A stretch of 64,000 bases of DNA, taken from assembly GCF_009914755.1 (NCBI RefSeq), contig NC_060933.1, one strand, 5' to 3'. The notes below the pieces were generated by a model, which searched no databases, had not been told where the DNA came from, and saw only the letters and a list, made by a program, of their open reading frames with translations. Positions within the stretch are counted from its first letter, which is position 1. Every line of letters starts with the position of its first letter. This DNA comes from the human T2T-CHM13v2.0 reference genome, Homo sapiens. Of the stretch, positions 56,950 through 64,000 are shown piece by piece. The translations under genes were made by a program, and so were the position numbers.

Positions 56950-59900
56950 CATTCCATTCCAATCAAGTTGATTCCATTCCATTCCATTCCATTCCATTCC
57001 ATTCCATTCCACTCCATTCCAGTCCTTTCCATTCCATTCCACTCGTGTTGATTCCAATGTATTCCTTTCCATTCCATTCCATTCCATTGCAATCGAGTTG
57101 ATTCCATTGCTTTGCATTCCATTCCATTCCATTCCATTCCGGATGATTCCATTCCATTGCATTGCATTCCATTCCATTCCCCTGCACTCGGGTTGATACC
57201 ATTCCATTCCACTCCATTCCGTTCCATTCCATTCCATTCCATTGTATTCGGGTTAATTCCATTCCATTCCATTCCATTCCATTCCATTCCATTCCATTCC
57301 ATTACAATCGAGTTTATTCCATTCCATTCCATTCCATTCCAGTCCTTTCCATTCCATTCCACTCGGGTTGATTCCACTCTATTAGTTTCCATTCCATTCC
57401 ATTCCCTTCCATTCCACTCTGGTTGATTCCATTCCTTTCCATTCCACTCGAATACATTCCCTCCTATTCCACTCGGAACGATTCCATTCCATTCTATTCC
57501 ATTCCATTCCAATCCATTCCATTCCATTTCGTTCCATTCCATTCCATTCCGTATCATTCCATTCCATTCCATTCCATTCCATTCCATTCCATTCCATTGT
57601 ACTCGGGTTGATTCCATTCCATTGCATTCCATTCCATTCCATTCCATTCCATTCCATTCCGTTGCATTCCATTCCATTACATTCGGATTGATTCTATTCA
57701 ACTCCCTTACTCTCCATTACATTCCATTCCATTCGGGTTGTTCCATTCCATTCCATTCCATTCCATTCCATTCCATTGCACTCGGGTTGATTCCATTCCT
57801 TTCCATTCCATTCCATTCCATTCCGGATGATTACTTTCCATTGCATTCCGTTCCATTACATTCCCCTGCACTCGCGTTGATTCCATTCCATTCCATTCCA
57901 TTCCATTCAATTCCATTCCATTACAATTCGTTCCATTCTATTCTATTCCGTACCATTCCATTCCATTCCATGCCATTCCATTCCATTCCACTCCATTCCA
58001 TTCCGTTCCATTCCGTTCCATTCCATTCCATTCCATTCTATTCGGATTAATTCCATTCCATTCCATTCCATTCCATTCCATTCTATTCCACTCCATTGCA
58101 ATCGAGTTGAATCCATTGCATTTCATTCCATTCCATTCCATTCCATTCCATTCCATTCCATTCCATTCCGGAAGTTTCCATTCCATTGCATTCCATTCCA
58201 TTCCATTCCCCTGCACTCGCGTTGATTCCATTCCATTCCATTCCATTCCATTCCGTTCCCTTCCATTCTATTCCATTCCATTCCGTTCCGTTCCATTCCA
58301 TTCCATTCCATTCTATTCGGGTTAATTCCATTCCATTCCATTCGATTGCAATCGAGTTGATTCCATTCCATTCCATTCCATTCCATTCCATTCCATTCCA
58401 TTCCATTCCTTTCCATTCCATTACGGATGATTCCATTCCATTGCATTCCATTCCATTCCATTCCCCTGTACTCGGGTTGATTGCATTCCATTCCATTCCA
58501 ATCCATGCCATTCCACTCGTGTTGATTCCATTCTTTCCATTCCATTCAAGTTGAATCCATTCCATTACATTCCATTCAATTTGATTCCATTCGATTGCAC
58601 TCGGGTTGATTCCATTCCACTGCATTCCATTCCATTCAATTCCATTCCATTCCATTCCATTCCAATCCATTCCATTCCATTCCATTACATTACATTCGGA
58701 TTGATTCTATTCAATTCCCTTACAGTGCATTACATTCCATTCCATTCGGGTAGTTTCCATTCCATTCCATTCCATTCCTCTCCATTCCATTGCACTCGGG
58801 TTGATTCCATTCCATTGCATTCCATTCCATTCCTTTCAATTCCATTCCGTTCCATTCAATTCCATTACATTCGGATTGATTCTATTCAACTCCCTTACTC
58901 TCCATTCCATTCCATTCCATTCACGTTGTTCCATTCCATTCCATTCCATTCCACTCCATTCCATTGCACTCGGGTTGATTCCATTCCATTCCATTCCATT
59001 CCATTCCATTCCATTACAATTGAGTTGATTCCATTCCATTCCATTCCATTCCATTCCAGTCCTTTCCATTCCATTCCACTCGGGTTGATTCCATTCTATT
59101 AGTTTCCATTCCATTCCATTGCCTTCCATTCCACTCTGGTTGATTCCATTCCTTTCCATTCCACTCGAATACATTCCCTCCTATTCCACTCGGAACGATT
59201 CCATTCTATTCCATTCCATTCCATTCCATTCCATTCCATTCCATTTCGTTCCATTCCATTCTATTCCGTATCATTCCATTCCATTCCATTCCATTCCATT
59301 CCATTCCATTCCATTCCATTCCATTGTACTCGGGTTGATTCCATTCCATTGCATTCCATTCCATTCCATTCCATTCCATTCCATTCCATTCCATTCCGTT
59401 CCATTCCATTATATTCGGATTGATTCTTTTCAACTTCCTTACTCTCCATTCCATTCCATTCCATTCGGATTGTTCCATTCCATTCCATTCCATTCCACTC
59501 CATTCCATTGCACTCGGGTTGATTCCATTCCATTCCATTGCATTCCATTCCGGATGGTTCCATTCCATTGCATTCCGTTCCATTACATTCCCCTGCACTC
59601 GGGTTGATTCCATTCCATTCCATTCCATTCCATTCCATTCCATTCCATTCCATTCCTTTCCATTCCATTACGGATGATTCCATTCCATTGCATTCCATTC
59701 CATTCCATTCCCCTGTACTCGGGTTGATTCCATTCCATTCCATTCCAATCCATGCCATTCCACTCGTGTTGATTCCATTCTTTCCATTCCATTCAAGTTG
59801 AATCCATTCCATTGCATTCCATTCCATTCCATTCCCCTGCAGTCGGGTTGATTCCGTTCCCTTCCATTCCATTCCATTCCATTCCATTCCGTTCCGTTCC

Positions 59901-62900
59901 GTTCCATTCCATTCCATTCCATTCTATTCGGGTTAATTCCATTCCATTCCATTGCATTCCATTCCAATCGAGTTGATTCCATTCCATTCCATTCCATTCC
60001 ATTCCACTCCATTCCAGTCCTTTCCATTCCATTCCACTCGGGTTGATTCCAATGTATTCCTTTCCATTCCATTCCATTCCATTGCAATCGAGTTGATTCC
60101 ATTGCTTTGCATTCCATTCCATTCCATTCCATTCCGGATGATTCCATTCCATTGCATTCCATTCCATTCCATTCCATTCCATTCCATTCCATTCCATTCC
60201 GTTCCATTCCATTCCATTACATTCGGATTGATTCTATTCAATTCCCTTACACTCCATTACTTTCCATTCCATTCGGGTAGTTTCCATTCCATTCCATTCC
60301 ATTCCTCTCCATTCGATTGCACTCGGGTTGATTCCATTCCATTGCATTCCATTCCATTCCATTCAATTCCATTCCGTTCCATTCCATTCCATTACATTTG
60401 GATTGATTCTATTCAACTCCCTTACTCTCCATTACATTCCATTCCATTCGGGTTGTTCCATTCCATTCCATTCCATTCCACTCCATTCCATTGCACTCGG
60501 GTTTATTCCATTCCATTCCATTCCATTCCATTCCATTCCAATCCATTCCATTCCGTTCCGTTCCGTTCCATTCCATTCCATTCCATTCTATTTGGGTTAA
60601 TTCCATTCCATTCCATTCGACTGCAATCGAGTTGATTCCATTCCATTCTATTCCATTCCATTCCATTCCATTCCATTCCTTTCCATTCCATTCCATTACG
60701 GATGATTCCATTCCATTGCATTCCATTCAATTCCATTCCCCTTTACTTGGGTTGATTCCATTGCATTGCATTCCAATCCATGCCATTCCACTCGTGTTGA
60801 TTCCATTCTTTCCATTCCATTCAAGTTGAATCCATTCCATTGCATTCCATTCCATTCCATTCCCCTGCAGTCGGGTTGATTCCATTCCATTCCATTCCAT
60901 TCCATTCCATTCCATTCCATTCCGTTCCGTTCCATTACATTCCATTCCATTCTATTCGGGTTAATTCCATTCCATTCCATTCCATTCCATTCCAATCGAG
61001 TTGATTCCATTCCATTCAATTCCATTCCATTCCACTCCATTCCAGTCCTTTCCATTCCATTCCACTCTGGTTGATTCCAATCTATTCCTTTCCATTCCAT
61101 TCCATTCCATTGCAATCGAGTTGATTCCATTGCTTTGCATTCCATTCCATTCCATTCCATTCCGGATGATTCCATTCCATTGCATTCCATTCCATTCCAT
61201 TCCCCTGCACTCGGGTTGATTCCATTCCATTCCACTCCATTCCGTTCCATTCCATTCCATTGTATTCGGGTTAATTCCATTCCATTCCATTCCATTCCAT
61301 TCCATTACAATCGAGTTGATTCCATTCCATTCCATTCCATTCCAGTCCTTTCCATTCCATTCCACTCGGGTTGATTCCATTCTATTAGTTTCCATTCCAT
61401 TCCATTCCCTTCCATTCCACTCTGGTTGATACCATTCCTTTCCATTCCACTCGAATACATTCCCTCCTATTCAACTCGGAACGATTCCATTCCATTCCAT
61501 TCCATTCCATTCCATTCCATTCCATTCCATTTCGTTCCATTCCATTCTATTCCGTATCATTCCATTCCATTCCATTCCATTCCATTCCATTCCATTCCAT
61601 TCCATTCCATTGTACTCAGGTTGATTCAATTCCATTGCATTCCATTCCATTCCATTCCATTCCATTCCATTCCATTCCATTCCGTTCTATTCCATTCCAT
61701 TACATTCGGATTGATTCTATTCAACTCCCTTACTCTCCATTACATTCCATTCCATTCGGGTTGTTCCATTCCATTCCATTCCATTCCACTCCATTCCATT
61801 GCACTCGGGTGTATTCCATTCCATTCCATTCCATTCCATTCCCTTCCTTTCCATTCCATTACGGATGATTCCATTCCATTGCATTCCATTCCATTCCATT
61901 CCCCTGTACTCGGGTTGATTCCATTGCAATCCATGCCATTCCACTCGTGTTGATTCCATTCTTTCCATTCCATTCAAGTTGAATCCATTCCATTGCATTC
62001 CATTCCATTCCATTGCCCTGCATTCGGGTTGATTCCATTCCATTCCATTCCATTCCATTCCATTCCATTCCATTCCGTTCCTTTCCGTTCCATTCCATTC
62101 CATTCCATTCTATTCGGGTTAATTCCATTCCATTCCATTCCATTCCATTCCAATCGAGTTGATTCCATTCCATTCCATTCCATTCCATTCCACTCCATTC
62201 CAGTCCTTTCCATTCCATTCCACTCGTGTTGATTCCAATGTATTCCTTTCCATTCCATTCCATTCCATTGCAATCGAGTTGATTCCATTGCTTTGCATTC
62301 CATTCCATTCCATTCCATTCCGGATGATTCCATTCCATTGCATTGCATTCCATTCCATTCCCCTGCACTCGGGTTGATACCATTCCATTCCACTCCATTC
62401 CGTTCCATTCCATTCCATTCCATTGTATTCGGGTTAATTCCATTCCATTCCATTCCATTCCATTCCATTCCATTCCATTCCATTCCATTACAATCGAGTT
62501 TATTCCATTCCATTCCATTCCATTCCAGTCCTTTCCATTCCATTCCACTCGGGTTGATTCCATTCTATTAGTTTCCATTCCATTCCATTCCCTTCCATTC
62601 CACTCTGGTTGATTCCATTCCTTTCCATTCCACTCGAATACATTCCCTCCTATTCCACTCGGAACGATTCCATTCCATTCCATTCCATTCCATTCCATTC
62701 CAATCCATTCCATTCCATTTCGTTCCATTCCATTCCATTCCGTATCATTCCATTCCATTCCATTCCATTCCATTCCATTCCATTCCATTCCATTGTACTC
62801 GGGTTGATTCCATTCCATTGCATTCCATTCCATTCCATTCCATTCCATTCCATTCCATTCCGTTGCATTCCATTCCATTACATTCGGATTGATTCTATTC

Positions 62901-64000
62901 AACTCCCTTACTCTCCATTACATTCCATTCCATTCGGGTTGTTCCATTCCATTCCATTCCATTCCACTCCATTCCATTGCACTCGGGTTGATTCCATTCC
63001 TTTCCATTCCATTCCATTCCATTCCGGATGATTACTTTCCATTGCATTCCGTTCCATTACATTCCCCTGCACTCGCGTTGATTCCATTCCATTCCATTCC
63101 ATTCCATTCAATTCCATTCCATTACAATTCGTTCCATTCTATTCTATTCCGTACCATTCCATTCCATTCCATGCCATTCCATTCCATTCCACTCCATTCC
63201 ATTCCGTTCCATTCCGTTCCTTTCCATTCCATTCCATTCTATTCGGATTAATTCCATTCCATTCCATTCCATTCCATTCCATTCTATTCCACTCCATTGC
63301 AATCGAGTTGAATCCATTGCATTTCATTCCATTCCATTCCATTCCATTCCATTCCATTCCATTCCATTCCGGAAGTTTCCATTCCATTGCATTCCATTCC
63401 ATTCCATTCCCCTGCACTCGCGTTGATTCCATTCCATTCCATTCCATTCCATTCCGTTCCCTTCCATTCCATTCCATTCCATTCCGTTCCGTTCCATTCC
63501 ATTCCATTCCATTCTATTCGGGTTAATTCCATTCCATTCCATTCGATTGCAATCGAGTTGATTCCATTCCATTCCATTCCATTCCATTCCATTCCATTCC
63601 ATTCCATTCCTTTCCATTCCATTACGGATGATTCCATTCCATTGCATTCCATTCCATTCCATTCCCCTGTACTCGGGTTGATTGCGTTCCATTCCATTCC
63701 AATCCATGCCATTCCACTCGTGTTGATTCCATTCTTTCCATTCCATTCAAGTTGAATCCATTCCATTACATTCCATTCAATTTGATTCCATTCGATTGCA
63801 CTCGGGTTGATTCCATTCCATTACATTCCATTCCATTCAATTCCATTCCATTCCATTCCATTCCAATCCATTCCATTCCATTCCATTACATTACATTCGG
63901 ATTGATTCTATTCAATTCCCTTACAGTGCATTACATTCCATTCCATTCGGGTAGTTTCCATTCCATTCCATTCCATTCCTCTCCATTCCATTGCACTCGG
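56950..64000 (-). repeat. ~5.2-kb-period duplication (~56950-58800 and ~62140-64000, continuing beyond the window)
   Basis: ORF offsets 57112/62293 (5181) to 58107/63308 (5201). Markers GGTTGATACC, GATTACTTTCC, CCGGAAGTTTCC, CTTACAGTGCATTAC. Confidence 0.88.

Larger units (their letters stand above)
20200..64000 (-). repeat. Satellite III (HSat3-type) array, right arm, (CATTC)n on + i.e. (GGAAT)n on the - strand
   Basis: Same pentamer and cassette set in reverse complement (ACTCGGGTTG, CAATCGAGTTG, CTATTCGGGTTAA, CCGGATG/CCGGAAG). Runs to the window end. Confidence 0.98.

Noticed and set aside
1-64000. CRISPR-like repeat/spacer appearance (conserved cassettes separated by variable stretches)
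   Set aside because: The spacers are just GGAAT runs, not unique sequence. There are no cas genes or leader, and the DNA is a primate satellite.
1-64000. Assignment to HSat2, telomeric repeat, or a specific chromosome
   Set aside because: It lacks the CATTCGATTC-dominated HSat2 pattern and TTAGGG. Chromosome and species (human versus great ape) cannot be fixed without alignment.

Overview
The whole 64 kb window is primate classical satellite III (HSat3-type) DNA. It consists of (GGAAT)n pentamers interrupted every ~30-150 bp by a small set of recurring CpG-bearing variant cassettes (CAACCCGAGT, CAACTCGATTG, TTAACCCGAATAG, CATCCGG/CTTCCGG and others). I found no credible genes, RNA genes, transposons or CRISPR arrays; every listed ORF is an artefact of a stop-free pentamer. 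The main structural feature is one abrupt strand inversion at 20195-20199, with GGAAT on + to the left and CATTC on + to the right. The junction has 5-bp microhomology, forms a 12-bp hairpin, and sits in a cluster of three breakpoints within ~50 bp, including a 30-bp segment with an exact copy 897 bp downstream. Nested duplications occur at 159 bp, 275 bp, ~0.95-1.4 kb, ~3.1 kb, ~5.2-5.5 kb and ~7.99 kb (near-identical). One cassette type, GGAATCTTCCGGAAT, is a perfect three-unit heat-shock element, present roughly 50 times by manual count alongside a one-base variant (CATCC) that breaks it. I see no new gene system; the interesting content is satellite architecture and embedded regulatory motifs. 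All comparisons were made by eye or from ORF-track offsets, so duplication boundaries are approximate.
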